Part shown: piece after piece, positions 20,001 to 30,802 of the stretch | Layout: each line of letters starts with the position of its first letter | How positions within the stretch are numbered: position 1 is the stretch's first letter | NCBI GenBank assembly: GCA_964291315.2 | Contig: OZ219753.1 | Coordinates: 352,001-416,000, forward strand | From: Candidatus Poribacteria bacterium | Lineage (GTDB): Bacteria > Poribacteria > WGA-4E > WGA-3G | Direction of reading: 5' to 3' | DNA: 64,000 bases | The notes under the pieces: generated by a model | Seen by the model: the letters and a program-made list of their open reading frames with translations, nothing else | The model's database searches: none | What the model was told of the DNA's origin: nothing | Position numbers and translations under genes: made by a program

Positions 20001-20210
20001 TTAGACTGCGGGCATCTTTGATATAACCTTGCTAACTTTTCCACTCCGTATACATTTGGTACAGACACGGATGCGCTTCGTTCCTTCTTCGGTTTGAACT
20101 CGAACCCGTTGTAGATTCGGTAGCCAACGGCGTTTTGTATGCCGAATCGACTTACTGATCTGGTGTCCTGTTACTGGGCGTTTGCCGCAGAGCGTGCAGA
20201 TACGTGACAT
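20001..20210 (-). CDS. rpmB: 50S ribosomal protein L28
   Basis: MSRICTLCGKRP...TKRRWLPNLQ...VCTKCIRSG; SD GAGGAG. Confidence 0.97.
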   Translation of the reverse strand: MSRICTLCGKRPVTGHQISKSIRHTKRRWLPNLQRVRVQTEEGTKRIRVCTKCIRSGKVSKVISKMPAV

Positions 20211-20659
20211 CTATAGGTCTCCTCTCTTCTTTTTACTCATTGCTTTTCTTAAAGGTAGATATTAATAATAACACAGTTAGAGACAAAATGCAATTTTTTC
20301 TTTGTTCCGTGGGTGTGTAAAGTTTTTGATGCCCCTTGATGAAAACCTCTACTTTATAGCATAGATTTTTAGGTTGTGTGTAATATTTCTACCTTTTGTA
20401 AATCTTTATAATCTTGTGAGTCTTAATCCTAACAAATCATCACACAATTGGCATACCAATCATATCCTATCAGATAGGTCGGTTCGCCATAGAAACGTCT
20501 TGATTGCTGACTGCCGATCACCAATTGCTCAAAATAGATGTGACTTTTTTGCGAGAATCTGGTATACTAATATTGCTGCTCTAAGACTTACTCACCCATT
20601 TTTCAAACAGAGAAGGACAATTTCCGTTTTCTTAAGCATATCGCATTAAAACAGAGAAC

Positions 20660-21949
20660 ATGAAAATTGCTTATATTACTGCAGGGGCTGCTGGCATGTA
20701 CTGCGGCACTTGTATACACGACAACACGATAGCCACGGTTCTGAAGAAACAGGGGCACAACATTGCACTCATTCCTACCTATACCCCGACCCGAACAGAT
20801 GAGACAAACGTGAGTCTTGATAGGGTGTTTTTTGGAGGCGTTAACGTCTATCTGCAACAGAAGCTCTCTATTTTTAGGCACACCCCATGGTCATTCGACA
20901 GACTACTTGATAATCCAACACTCCTGAGTAGACTAGCGAGATTCAGTAGTTCAACGGATGCTCGGGATCTTGGTCAACTGACGGTATCTATGCTCCGGGC
21001 TGAGCAAGGAAATCAAAAAAAGGAGTTGGCGAAATTAGTTAAATGGCTTGTGGAGGAGAATAGACCCAATATCGTCTACCTCACCAATTCCATGCTGGTT
21101 GGTTTCACAAGAGAGATTAAAAAGGCATTGGATATTCCGGTTATTTGTGCCCTCCAAGGCGAGGACATTTTCCTACAAGACCTCATTGAGCCCTACAAAA
21201 CAGAGGCGTTAGCTCTTCTCAGAGAACGAGCTGCTGATGCAGACGGTTTTGTTGCACCTTGTCACTACTACGCGCAGTTCATGGCAGATACCTACCTTGG
21301 TCTATCTGTTGATAAAATTCATGTAGTTCCGCTTGGGTTAAATATGGATGGACACGGTGTACTTGTCGAAAAAGCTGAGCCTCCGCCCTTTATTATTGGC
21401 TATTTGGCGCGCATCTGCCCTGAAAAAGGGCTCCATATTTTAGTAGATGCTTTCCGTATAGTAGCAGAAGCGTTCGGTGCTAATAACGTCCGGCTGCACG
21501 TTGCCGGCTATTTGGGAAAAAGAGATGAACCGTATCTTGAGGAGCTTGTGAACCAGATTCAAGGTTGGGGATTATCAGACAGTTTTGTGTATTATGGGGA
21601 GGTGACACGCTCTGAAAAGATTGATTTTCTCAATCGTCTTCACGTCTTTTCAGTTCCCACCGTTTACCGTGAGTCTAAAGGTTTATCTATCATAGAGGCG
21701 CTTGCTAACGGGGTGCCAGTGATTCAACCTCTGCATGGGGCATTTCCAGAGATAATTAAGGCGACTGAGGGCGGGGTTCTTGTTGAAACTGAATCGCCTG
21801 AAGCAGTGGCATCAAGTATAGCGGAGCTCATTAGAGATACAGACCGGCGTGAGCGTCTCGGAAAGATAGGGAAAATCAATGTGCATCAGAAGTTTAACGA
21901 TAGAGCTGTTGCTGAGCAACTGTTGCAGGTGTTCGGAAACTATATCTAA
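20660..21949 (+). CDS. Glycosyltransferase family 4 protein
   Basis: GYLARICPEKG, ESKGLSIIEALANGVPV; N-terminal GAAGMYCGTC. Confidence 0.9.
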   Translation: MKIAYITAGAAGMYCGTCIHDNTIATVLKKQGHNIALIPTYTPTRTDETNVSLDRVFFGGVNVYLQQKLSIFRHTPWSFDRLLDNPTLLSRLARFSSSTDARDLGQLTVSMLRAEQGNQKKELAKLVKWLVEENRPNIVYLTNSMLVGFTREIKKALDIPVICALQGEDIFLQDLIEPYKTEALALLRERAADADGFVAPCHYYAQFMADTYLGLSVDKIHVVPLGLNMDGHGVLVEKAEPPPFIIGYLARICPEKGLHILVDAFRIVAEAFGANNVRLHVAGYLGKRDEPYLEELVNQIQGWGLSDSFVYYGEVTRSEKIDFLNRLHVFSVPTVYRESKGLSIIEALANGVPVIQPLHGAFPEIIKATEGGVLVETESPEAVASSIAELIRDTDRRERLGKIGKINVHQKFNDRAVAEQLLQVFGNYI

Positions 21950-22024
21950 AACTATATCTAATAATTTGAAACTATAGGCGCGCTCTGAAAGCGGACTTGC
22001 CAAAAAATCGGAGAGGAACGAATT

Positions 22025-22501
22025 ATGGCTAAAACATGGCTAATTTTTGTTTTTGTAACCTTCTCATCGTGGGGGCTTTACGGTGTCTTTCTACATCAGG
22101 GACAGGTCGCGATGGCGGATCCTGTGCATGGACGTTACAAAGCCTTTCTCTTTGTAGGGCTTGCTTATCTTCTGGCAGCAGTCGTCGGTTCTGTCCTGAT
22201 GCTCATTCTCAATGGTTCTAATTGGGATTTTACAGGCAAAGGTATCTTTTGGTCGTTTGTGGCCGGCCTTGTTGGTGCTGTCGGTGCATTTGGGGTCTTG
22301 CTCGCTTTTGGTGCTGGTGGTAGACCTGCAGTTGTGATGTCGATTGTTTTCGCAGGTGCGCCTATTGTGAATGCTATTGTTGCGACGATAGCGCATCCGC
22401 CTGCAGGAGGATGGAGCGCTGTCCGTTGGCAATTTATCGTAGGTATCTTACTCGCTGCGCTCGGCGGGTGCTTAGTCATGCTCTATAGGCCTGCCTCATA
22501 A
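22025..22501 (+). CDS. Small integral membrane protein (DMT/EamA-like half)
   Basis: About five hydrophobic helices; SWGLYG, VMSIVFAGAPIVN. Confidence 0.75.
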   Translation: MAKTWLIFVFVTFSSWGLYGVFLHQGQVAMADPVHGRYKAFLFVGLAYLLAAVVGSVLMLILNGSNWDFTGKGIFWSFVAGLVGAVGAFGVLLAFGAGGRPAVVMSIVFAGAPIVNAIVATIAHPPAGGWSAVRWQFIVGILLAALGGCLVMLYRPAS

Positions 22502-22643
22502 CATCTCTAGCGGAGCGCGTGATCTTGTGACGTTGCTTCTTAGGCTCAACAAACAGCGTCTGCCTCGTCTTCACTATTTTTCTCCACTTTTTACTATCCT
22601 TTTGATGCTGCATGTCTCTAATAGGCAAGAAGGGGGCACTTTC

Positions 22644-23258
22644 ATGCCTATAAGTGAAACTGGCAGTTCAATATTGCAAAACCGAGAAGTAACCGAACTA
22701 AGTGATGCTGAATTGGTTGTCGCGGCACTTGGAGGTAATACACAAGCGTTTGACGTACTAGTTAACCGCTATAGACGTGCTATGCTGACGGTTGCGCAGC
22801 GGATTGTGCGAAATCCTGCCGATGCAGAAGATGTCGTACAGGACGCGTTCTTACGTTCTTTTGAGGCGCTCCCGCAACTCTCCGATCTGAACCGGTTTGG
22901 GGCGTGGCTCCACTCGATTACCCGAAATCGTGCTTTGCGTTACTATAAAAATACTAGCCGCTATCAGCCGGAGGAAGATGTCGAGCTTCACTTAAATAGG
23001 GACTCGGATACATCACAAGCGGATCCTGCTTACATTGTGGAGCAAGAACTCACGCAGCAAGCGGTTAGAGACACTATAAAATCCCTTCCTGACGATTATC
23101 AGGAGGTTATTCAACTCTACTATTGGGCGGAGATGCCCCAGAAACGGATCGCTGAATTTTTATCTATTCCGTTGTCGACCGTAAAATGGCGGCTCTACAA
23201 AGCGAAGGAGCTTCTAAAAACACTGTTGGAAAAGCGTGGGTACGGAACAGATATGTGA
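22644..23258 (+). CDS. ECF RNA polymerase sigma factor
   Basis: DAEDVVQDAF, FGAWLHSITRN, IAEFLSIPLSTVKWRL; start MPISE after AAGGGGG. Confidence 0.93.
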   Translation: MPISETGSSILQNREVTELSDAELVVAALGGNTQAFDVLVNRYRRAMLTVAQRIVRNPADAEDVVQDAFLRSFEALPQLSDLNRFGAWLHSITRNRALRYYKNTSRYQPEEDVELHLNRDSDTSQADPAYIVEQELTQQAVRDTIKSLPDDYQEVIQLYYWAEMPQKRIAEFLSIPLSTVKWRLYKAKELLKTLLEKRGYGTDM

Positions 23259-23293
23259 CAATCTTTCCTTTCCACCGCTAGAGAGGTGAAATT

Positions 23294-24697
23294 ATGGAAC
23301 AACCGAAACATAACGAACTGAAAGCGCTTTTTTGCATGCTTGAGCACACTGCAAAAATTGCAGAGGATGCAGCATTGACAAACACTTTTAGTAGTGGTGA
23401 AAAGCGATGCATCTCCCAATTCAATAACGTCCTCAAACGCCTGAACGCCTTGAGTGCCGTGCCTGATGCTCTTTTTGAAGAGCTGGGTGCCGATGCGTCT
23501 TTTGGTCAAATTGCGATTGCCTGCCATCAGCTTGCTGCATACCTCAACGAAGGGATGGACACTACTTCCGATTTTAAGGAATGGTTTACTAGTTTTTTCG
23601 GAAAAAGGTTCATAGAAAACCTAACAGAGGAGATATCGGATAAACCGTTCGGGGACTTGATCCGGAAAGCGGTTCCAGATTTCTTAACGGAGACCACGCT
23701 TGAAGACATAACCGGGGTATTTCCTGTCGCGCTTGGTGGAAAATTACTTCTTAACACCAGCTTCGGGGGAGTCCACGTACAGAGTGCTGAGACCGACACT
23801 GTTTCTGTATGTGTGGAACGTTCTGCCCAGTTGAAAGCGGATCGGCGCGCTGCAGAAATCCTCAAGAACTTTGATGTACAGATGACCCATGAAGTCTCTG
23901 ATGTTCGGATCGAAGCAAAATTCAGGGGATCCGAAAAACAGTGGAAAAGATCGAGAGAACGTTTGGATATTCAGTTTCGTATCGTTGTACCTCGACACTA
24001 CTCTCTTGATTTGAAAACATCCGGTGATGACATTTCTGTTATAGATATAACTGGAGACGTGAACGCCCAAGCAGCCGGGAGCGGCATCCGTTTTCAAAAT
24101 ATAACAGGACATATTGGTGTGAAAACATCAGGGGGGAATATTGACCTCAGGACGTTCAATGGTGATGCCGATCTTCAAACCAGTGGCGGTAGTATAATGC
24201 TTGAGGCAGGGACTGGTGATGTCAAGGCCCAAACCTCTGGCGGGAATCTCCAATTCTCCAATGTCACAGGGGTTGTTAATGGAAGAACTTCAGGCGGTAA
24301 TATCACGCTACGTCGCTGCAAAGGGGGGGCAGACGTAAAAACTGCTGGGGGCAATATTGAGATAGAAAACGACGGTCCCGTCTTGGCGAGAACAACAGGC
24401 GGTTCCATCCGTTGCCAACTTCAAAAGCCGTCTACAAGCCAGAGCTTGCTACTGGATTTGGAGACGATGGGCGGCGGAATGAATATCTCGCTTGTTCCGG
24501 ATATTGCGGCGACAGTCGAGGCGAAGGTGCTCGGCGGGGCAGTAACAACAGAATTACCGGTGACAGTCGAGGCAGGGCCTGTCAGACCTAATGAGTTGCG
24601 CGGAGCTATCAATGGCGGAGGCCCGCTTCTCAAACTCCGTTCGGTTGGCGGAAATATCATCCTTAAAAAGAGAGAAGAGGACACCGTCGCGGTATAG
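23294..24697 (+). CDS. DUF4097 (toast-rack beta-repeat) protein with an N-terminal helical domain
   Basis: Repeated (K/Q/R)TSGG(N/S)I units; ends GAINGGGPLLKLRSVGGNI; SD GAGGTG. Confidence 0.8.
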   Translation: MEQPKHNELKALFCMLEHTAKIAEDAALTNTFSSGEKRCISQFNNVLKRLNALSAVPDALFEELGADASFGQIAIACHQLAAYLNEGMDTTSDFKEWFTSFFGKRFIENLTEEISDKPFGDLIRKAVPDFLTETTLEDITGVFPVALGGKLLLNTSFGGVHVQSAETDTVSVCVERSAQLKADRRAAEILKNFDVQMTHEVSDVRIEAKFRGSEKQWKRSRERLDIQFRIVVPRHYSLDLKTSGDDISVIDITGDVNAQAAGSGIRFQNITGHIGVKTSGGNIDLRTFNGDADLQTSGGSIMLEAGTGDVKAQTSGGNLQFSNVTGVVNGRTSGGNITLRRCKGGADVKTAGGNIEIENDGPVLARTTGGSIRCQLQKPSTSQSLLLDLETMGGGMNISLVPDIAATVEAKVLGGAVTTELPVTVEAGPVRPNELRGAINGGGPLLKLRSVGGNIILKKREEDTVAV

Positions 24698-24832
24698 TGT
24701 GCCCGGAAACAACCGCTCCAAAATAGAGATAAAACGCTTCGTCTTGTTTCATCGAAACTTGCGAAACCTAATTGAGGCAGTCGCTCCCTTGGAACACCAA
24801 CAATCCGGAGCTGCTGACTGCTAACCCCTTAA

Positions 24833-24874
24833 AAAATTCTGGGGGTGGAATACATATTCCACCCCCAGAATTTT
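24833..24874. terminator. Perfect 20-bp inverted repeat, likely bidirectional intrinsic terminator
   Basis: AAAATTCTGGGGGTGGAATA-CA-TATTCCACCCCCAGAATTTT downstream of the GT4-ECF-DUF4097 genes. Confidence 0.75.
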
Positions 24875-25040
24875 GTTGATTTGTTGATAACAGCGAATTC
24901 GCCGGTCTTGCTCTCATGCCGTAGGATGTTGAACCTTGTGTTGTTTAGCTCGAGCTGCGTTATCTAGGTAATATCGACATGCCTCTAACAGTCCTGCTTT
25001 TCTTGTTGCTCTCCGTTCCGAGTTCTGCTATTATATGCGT

Positions 25041-28000
25041 ATGTCACAACTCAAACTCAAACCTACCCACAAGCCGATCCGCGACTATTATGCCACGCTG
25101 CAGGCATACGCCCAGCATAAGGCAACGCACGAAGGCGCTGTCAGCAATCCGTTCGCCTTCTTACTCGATACCTGCGCGAAGCAGGTGAAAGCGACGCTCA
25201 TCCCGCAATATCAGATGCACGCCCCCAACGGAAACCGCATCGTGATTGACGGCGCAATCTTGGATGAATATAGCCTGCCGATCGCTTATTGGGAGGCAAA
25301 AGATATAGATGACGATCTCCCTAAAGCCGTTGAGGAGAAACGCGCGGCGGGGTATCCGCTAGACAATATCCTGTTCCAGAACCCACAGCGTGCTATTTTG
25401 TATCAGAACGGAGCAGAGGTGATCGATGTAGACATTACTGCGCCGGTCTCTCTGATCGCTGCCCTGGAAAGTCTATTCGCTTATGTGCCGCCGGCACTGG
25501 AAAATTGGCAGTCGGCTGTCAACGACTTCAAAGAACATGTGCCCGCTCTCGCAGGCAAGTTGAAAGAGCTCATTAACCAGCGGCATGCAGTGGATACGGC
25601 ATTCCAAGCAGCGTTCTCCAACTTTTATGAGACCTGCCGCACGGCAATTGACCCGGCTCTCTCACAGGATGCGGTTGAGGAGATGCTGATCCAACACATC
25701 CTCACCGAACGCATCTTCCGCACGATTTTCAACCGGTCGGACTTCGCGAATCGGAACATTATCGCTGTTGAGATAGAGAATGTCAGTGCTGCACTCATGC
25801 GGCATGCGGTGAGTCGGGATGTGTTTCTGGCACCTTTAGATCGTTTCTACACCGCTATTGAGCAAGCGGCACTGCTCTGCAAAGACTTCTCACAGAAACA
25901 GAGCTTCCTCAATACGTTCTATGAGAAGTTCTTTCAAGGGTTCTCCGAAGATACAGCCGACACACACGGCATTGTCTACACGCCGCAGCCGATCGTGGAT
26001 TTCATGGTCAACAGCGTACAACACATTTTGAAAACCGAGTTTGATCGTTCGTTGTCGGATAGCGGTGTGCATATCATAGACCCGTTTGTCGGCACGGGCA
26101 ACTTCATCGTGCGGCTGATGCAGTCCCTGGATCCGATCTCCCTGGAGCGAAAATACACCGCTAATCCACCGGAACTCCACTGCAACGAGGTGATGCTTTT
26201 GCCGTATTACATTGCGAGTTTGAACATTGAGCAGGAGTATTTCCGTCGGACGGGTGTGTATCTGCCGTTTGAGGGTATCGTGCTGGCGGATACGTTCGAG
26301 CTGCTTGAGCAGGAGCAAGGTCAGCTCTTCACACGTGAGAACACGGAGCGGGTGCAGGAGCAGAAGTCGGCGGATATGTTCGTAGTGATCGGCAATCCGC
26401 CCTACAACACCGGGCAGGAGAATGAGAACGACAACAACAAGAACCGGAAGTATCTGCTCATGGACGCACGCGTTCGGGACACCTACTCCCAAGATTCAAA
26501 AGCCTCGAACAAAAACGCCCTCTCGGATCCGTATGTGAAGGCGGTCTTATGGGCATCGCAGCGGATTGGAGCAGAGGGCATCGTGGCACTTGTGACGAAC
26601 AATAGTTTTCTCGACGGCATCGCGTTTGATGGGATGCGAAAACACCTCACACAGGACTTCACTAAGATTTATCATATTAACCTGAAAGGCGATGCCCGCA
26701 CCTCGGGCGAGCGCCGCCGAAAAGAGGGCGGCAATGTCTTTGAAGATCAGATCCGGGTAGGTGTTGGTATCAGTTTCTTCATCAAAAAAGCTGGGTCGCC
26801 CGCTGCACCTGCGGAGGTTTGGCTGTATGCTGTTGAAGACTATATGAAATCTCGGGAGAAGCAGGATCTGTTGGTCGAGTTCAGCGACTATACAAATGTT
26901 CCGTTGAAGCAAGCGGTGTTAGATGCAAGGCATACCTGGCTCACGGAAGGGCTCCGTCCTGAATTTGACACCTTTGTTCCGATGGGCACAAAGGCAGCGA
27001 AGTCGAAAAAAGGAACGGCATCGGGCACGATTTTCAAAACCTACAGCAACGGCGTGAAGACTTGTCGTGATGCATGGGTCTACAATTTCAACCGAGACGC
27101 ACTCACTGAAAATATAAGTCGGATGATTGAAAATTATAACGCAGAAGTGGCGCGCTGGACACAACGGAGAAATACGGAGGTGCCCGTTGATAATTTTGTA
27201 GTCTATGACGATACAAAAATCAAGTGGAGTCGGGATTTGAAAGTGAAGTTGAAACGAGGAACAGTTACCGAATATGAGGATCACAAAGTGAGGACCTCCC
27301 TCTATCGCCCCTTTACGAAATCCAACCTCTACTTCGACCGAACTATGAACGATGTCGTATACGTGTTTCCATCTATCTGTCCCACGCCAGAGGCAGAGGC
27401 AGAAAATCGGGTCATTTGCGTCCCCGGCATCGGAAATAAGGGGCCTTTTACACCGTTGCTGACAAATCTCATTCCGTGTTCCGGATTACTCGTTGCCAAT
27501 CAGTGCTTTCCGTTCTACACCTATGACGAAGACGGCACAAACCGCCGCGAAAATATCACCGATTGGGCATTGGCACATTTCCGCTCACACTACAAAGACG
27601 ATACCATCAGCAAGTGGGACATCTTCCACTATACCTACGGGCTCCTGCATCACGCCGACTACCGCCAGAGATACGAGGCGAACCTCAAACGCGATCTGCC
27701 GCATATCCCGTTCACCGCAGACTTCTGGGCGTTCGCTACCGCAGGCGCACAACTCGCAGACCTCCACGTTAACTACGAATCTCAACCGAAATACGAAAAA
27801 CTCAGGTTGATGCAGAACCCCGAGGTGCCGCTCAACTGGCGCGTCGAAAAGATGCGGTTGTCCAAAGACAAGACACAGTTGAAATATAACGAGTTCTTGA
27901 CGTTGGAGGGCATTCCTGCCGAGGCGTTTGCGTATCGGTTAGGCACTCGTTCAGCGTTGGAGTGGGTGATAGATCAGTATCGTGTGAAGACGCACAGTCG

Positions 28001-28151
28001 GAGCGGGCTGGTTACCGATCCAAATTGTGCGGGTGCGCCGCGGTATATTGTGGATTTAGTGGCGCGCGTTATTACGGTCAGTCTAAAAACGGTGGAGATT
28101 GTTAAGAGGTTGCCTGCATTGTCTTTAACCTCTGGGGGCGGTGAGCTTTAG
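25041..28151 (+). CDS. Single-chain restriction-modification enzyme (nuclease + N6-adenine MTase + Type ISP-like C-terminal TRD; Type IIG-like, no helicase)
   Basis: IDG...WEAK nuclease motif, GIVYTP, DPFVGTGNF, GNPPY, LYRPF and C-terminal SALEWVIDQY. Start 25041 preferred over 25035 because a -10 box lies at 25029-25034. Confidence 0.9.
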   Translation: MSQLKLKPTHKPIRDYYATLQAYAQHKATHEGAVSNPFAFLLDTCAKQVKATLIPQYQMHAPNGNRIVIDGAILDEYSLPIAYWEAKDIDDDLPKAVEEKRAAGYPLDNILFQNPQRAILYQNGAEVIDVDITAPVSLIAALESLFAYVPPALENWQSAVNDFKEHVPALAGKLKELINQRHAVDTAFQAAFSNFYETCRTAIDPALSQDAVEEMLIQHILTERIFRTIFNRSDFANRNIIAVEIENVSAALMRHAVSRDVFLAPLDRFYTAIEQAALLCKDFSQKQSFLNTFYEKFFQGFSEDTADTHGIVYTPQPIVDFMVNSVQHILKTEFDRSLSDSGVHIIDPFVGTGNFIVRLMQSLDPISLERKYTANPPELHCNEVMLLPYYIASLNIEQEYFRRTGVYLPFEGIVLADTFELLEQEQGQLFTRENTERVQEQKSADMFVVIGNPPYNTGQENENDNNKNRKYLLMDARVRDTYSQDSKASNKNALSDPYVKAVLWASQRIGAEGIVALVTNNSFLDGIAFDGMRKHLTQDFTKIYHINLKGDARTSGERRRKEGGNVFEDQIRVGVGISFFIKKAGSPAAPAEVWLYAVEDYMKSREKQDLLVEFSDYTNVPLKQAVLDARHTWLTEGLRPEFDTFVPMGTKAAKSKKGTASGTIFKTYSNGVKTCRDAWVYNFNRDALTENISRMIENYNAEVARWTQRRNTEVPVDNFVVYDDTKIKWSRDLKVKLKRGTVTEYEDHKVRTSLYRPFTKSNLYFDRTMNDVVYVFPSICPTPEAEAENRVICVPGIGNKGPFTPLLTNLIPCSGLLVANQCFPFYTYDEDGTNRRENITDWALAHFRSHYKDDTISKWDIFHYTYGLLHHADYRQRYEANLKRDLPHIPFTADFWAFATAGAQLADLHVNYESQPKYEKLRLMQNPEVPLNWRVEKMRLSKDKTQLKYNEFLTLEGIPAEAFAYRLGTRSALEWVIDQYRVKTHSRSGLVTDPNCAGAPRYIVDLVARVITVSLKTVEIVKRLPALSLTSGGGEL

Positions 28152-28217
28152 CAGTATCGCAGCCCGTTAGAAAGTAGAACAGCATAGATAGATGGACAAC
28201 AGTAAGCTGAGCGCTGT

Positions 28218-28661
28218 TCACATTTCTGTCAAAATCTGGATCATTGCTTCAAGGGCGAGGATGTAACTCTGTGGACCGAAACCGCTGATGACTCCAACAG
28301 CGACCCCGGAGATATAAGAGTGATGCCGAAACGCTTCGCGGGCATAGATGTTAGAGAGGTGAATCTCGATGACCGGTAGCGAGACGGTGGCGAGGGCATC
28401 TCGAATGGCAACACTGGTGTGCGTATAGGCAGCCGGGTTTATCAGTATACCTTCTGCCCAGTCGATGTGGTCCCCAATGATGGAAACGAGTTCGCCTTCG
28501 TGATTGGATTGAAAAGTTTTGAGACTAAGCTCATACGGCGATGCTTCAGCATGCCGATCAAGCATGGTGTTGATGTCCAATAACGTCTGATGTCCGTAAA
28601 TCTCCGGTTGACGTTTGCCCAGAAGATGTAAGTTCGGTCCGTGTAGGACGAGTATGTTCAT
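28218..28661 (-). CDS. aroQ: Type II 3-dehydroquinate dehydratase
   Basis: [44 protein letters not shown]. Confidence 0.97.
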   Translation of the reverse strand: MNILVLHGPNLHLLGKRQPEIYGHQTLLDINTMLDRHAEASPYELSLKTFQSNHEGELVSIIGDHIDWAEGILINPAAYTHTSVAIRDALATVSLPVIEIHLSNIYAREAFRHHSYISGVAVGVISGFGPQSYILALEAMIQILTEM

Positions 28662-28789
28662 GTATACGTTCCTTTTTTTGTGAAAATACTGTCTTTACCG
28701 TAGAGAGTATATAATCAATTGAGAAAATTTTCAAAGGTTTTCGGAGATTAAGTTAGGAGGCGGGGTCCAGAAACCTCTCTCACAGACGT

Positions 28790-28818
28790 TTGCAATTTAC
28801 TGCATTTTAGGGTATAAT
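28790..28818 (+). promoter_or_regulatory. Sigma70-type promoter of the gap operon
   Basis: TTGCAA-17 nt-TATAAT; a divergent TTGAAA-17-TATACT for aroQ lies at 28706-28734 on the minus strand. Confidence 0.6.
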
Positions 28819-29000
28819 TAAGGCCAGACTTAAATAGTAAAATTTGGATAATTGTAGAGAAAAGGATCTCACTTGCAAGCTTGAAATTGTGAAAACTTCG
28901 GACGTTTGTTCTTTTAGGGGTGGCTTGTGAGTTTCTAAAACTTGTTGTTAGAAGAAAACCCTGTAACGGCAGAATACTTGTAAAGGAATCTATCTATCTT

Positions 29001-30005
29001 ATGTCAATTAAAGTAGGTATTAACGGTTTTGGTCGCATTGGTCGGAACGCCTTTCGAGCGGCATTGCAGAATCCGACGTTAGATATAGAATTTGTTGCTA
29101 TCAACGATTTAACGAATCCGCAGACACTGGCTCACCTTCTCCAATACGATTCTGTTCATGGCATTTTGTCCGATGCTATTTCCGCGACAGCGGACAGTCT
29201 TGTCGTAAATAAAAAAGAGATACATGTTCTTGCTGAACGGGATCCCGGTAATCTTCCGTGGGGGGATCTTGGCGTGGATGTCGTTATTGAATCTACAGGT
29301 TTCTTTACTAGTCGAGAAGACGCTGAGAAACACATCACCTCCGGTGGTGCAAAAAAAGTGATTGTGTCTGCCCCTGCGAAGGGCGAGGACATCACTATAG
29401 TGATTGGTGTAAATGACGATAAATACGATAAGTCAGAACATCATCTCATTTCTAATGCCTCGTGTACGACAAACTGTCTTGCCCCGGTTGCGAAGGTATT
29501 ACACAAAGAATTTGGAATTGAGAGTGCTTTGATGACAACGATCCATGCCTATACAGGTGACCAGAGGGTTCACGACTTTCCACATTCGGATATGCGTCGG
29601 GCTCGCGCAGCAACGCTCTCAATGATTCCTACAACGACTGGTGCTGCTGTCGCAGTTGGGAAGGTTTTACCAGAATTGAACGGTAAACTTGACGGTTTTG
29701 CCATCCGGGTTCCTACGCCGAACGTCTCCGTTGTTGATCTCACTGCGGAGCTGAAGAAGAGTGCGGATGCCGAAGCGATCAACGCCGTCCTAAAAGAGGC
29801 ATCAGAAAGCAGCTTAGCAGGAATTCTCGGCTATTCTGAACTCGATCTCGTTTCATCAGATTTTAATGGAAATAAACTTTCCTCTGTTCTTGATGCTCCT
29901 TTCACTAAGGTGATCGAAAATGGGTTGATTAAAGTTCTTTCATGGTATGACAACGAATGGGGTTACTCCAACCGCCTCGTCGAATTGGCATCGCGTGTGC
30001 TTTAA
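29001..30005 (+). CDS. gap: Type I glyceraldehyde-3-phosphate dehydrogenase
   Basis: [27 protein letters not shown]. Confidence 0.98.
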   Translation: MSIKVGINGFGRIGRNAFRAALQNPTLDIEFVAINDLTNPQTLAHLLQYDSVHGILSDAISATADSLVVNKKEIHVLAERDPGNLPWGDLGVDVVIESTGFFTSREDAEKHITSGGAKKVIVSAPAKGEDITIVIGVNDDKYDKSEHHLISNASCTTNCLAPVAKVLHKEFGIESALMTTIHAYTGDQRVHDFPHSDMRRARAATLSMIPTTTGAAVAVGKVLPELNGKLDGFAIRVPTPNVSVVDLTAELKKSADAEAINAVLKEASESSLAGILGYSELDLVSSDFNGNKLSSVLDAPFTKVIENGLIKVLSWYDNEWGYSNRLVELASRVL

Positions 30006-30032
30006 TACGCGTGTCTACGGAAATAGAGGATT

Positions 30033-30788
30033 ATGCGAACACCTATCATCGCAGGAAACTGGAAATTGAACAATACGGTTTCAGAGGCGGTCAGGCTCAT
30101 AGCGGCACTGCAGCCGTTGGTTGCATCGTGTAGTGGGATTGAAATCATCGTTGCCCCGCCCTTTACCGCGCTTGCTCCGGTGAGTAAGACTATAGCGGAT
30201 AGCAACATCTGTCTCGCTGCTCAAGATGTCTATTGGGAAAACAGCGGCGCGTTTACTGGTGAAGTCTCAGCCCCTATGCTGAAAGAGGTCGGATGTGATT
30301 ACGTCATTATCGGACATTCGGAACGACGGCAGTACTTCGATGAGACCAATGAAAACGTCAATCGGAAGGTAAAGGCTGCATTAGCACACGACTTAAAACC
30401 GATTATCTGTGTCGGTGAACAGCTTGAAGAACGAGAATCTGGACAGACAGAAGCGATCATTGAGACGCATGTGAAAGCGGGCATTGCCGGTGTATCCGCA
30501 GCAGATTTGGTGTCATGTGTGATCGCTTATGAACCGGTGTGGGCAATCGGAACAGGGCAGACTGCTACACCGGATCAAGCACAAGAGGTTCACAACTTTA
30601 TCCGTGGGTTATTGACAGCAGCATATTCAGCGGAGGTCGGCTCACAGGTACGTATCCAATACGGTGGAAGTGTGAAGCCAGAAAACGCTTCGGAACTGAT
30701 GGGGCAGGCCGATGTAGACGGTGCACTTGTTGGCGGTGCAAGTCTCAAGGCAGAATCGTTTGCACAAATTGTGAGATTTGAACAATAG
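30033..30788 (+). CDS. tpiA: Triosephosphate isomerase
   Basis: AGNWK, GHSERR, AYEPVWAIGTG, YGGSVKP. Confidence 0.98.
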   Translation: MRTPIIAGNWKLNNTVSEAVRLIAALQPLVASCSGIEIIVAPPFTALAPVSKTIADSNICLAAQDVYWENSGAFTGEVSAPMLKEVGCDYVIIGHSERRQYFDETNENVNRKVKAALAHDLKPIICVGEQLEERESGQTEAIIETHVKAGIAGVSAADLVSCVIAYEPVWAIGTGQTATPDQAQEVHNFIRGLLTAAYSAEVGSQVRIQYGGSVKPENASELMGQADVDGALVGGASLKAESFAQIVRFEQ

Positions 30789-30802
30789 GAGGAAATTGTT
30801 AA

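Noticed and set aside
25041-28151. Diversity-generating retroelement acting on the RM TRD
   Set aside because: No reverse transcriptase and no template/variable repeat pair found in the window.
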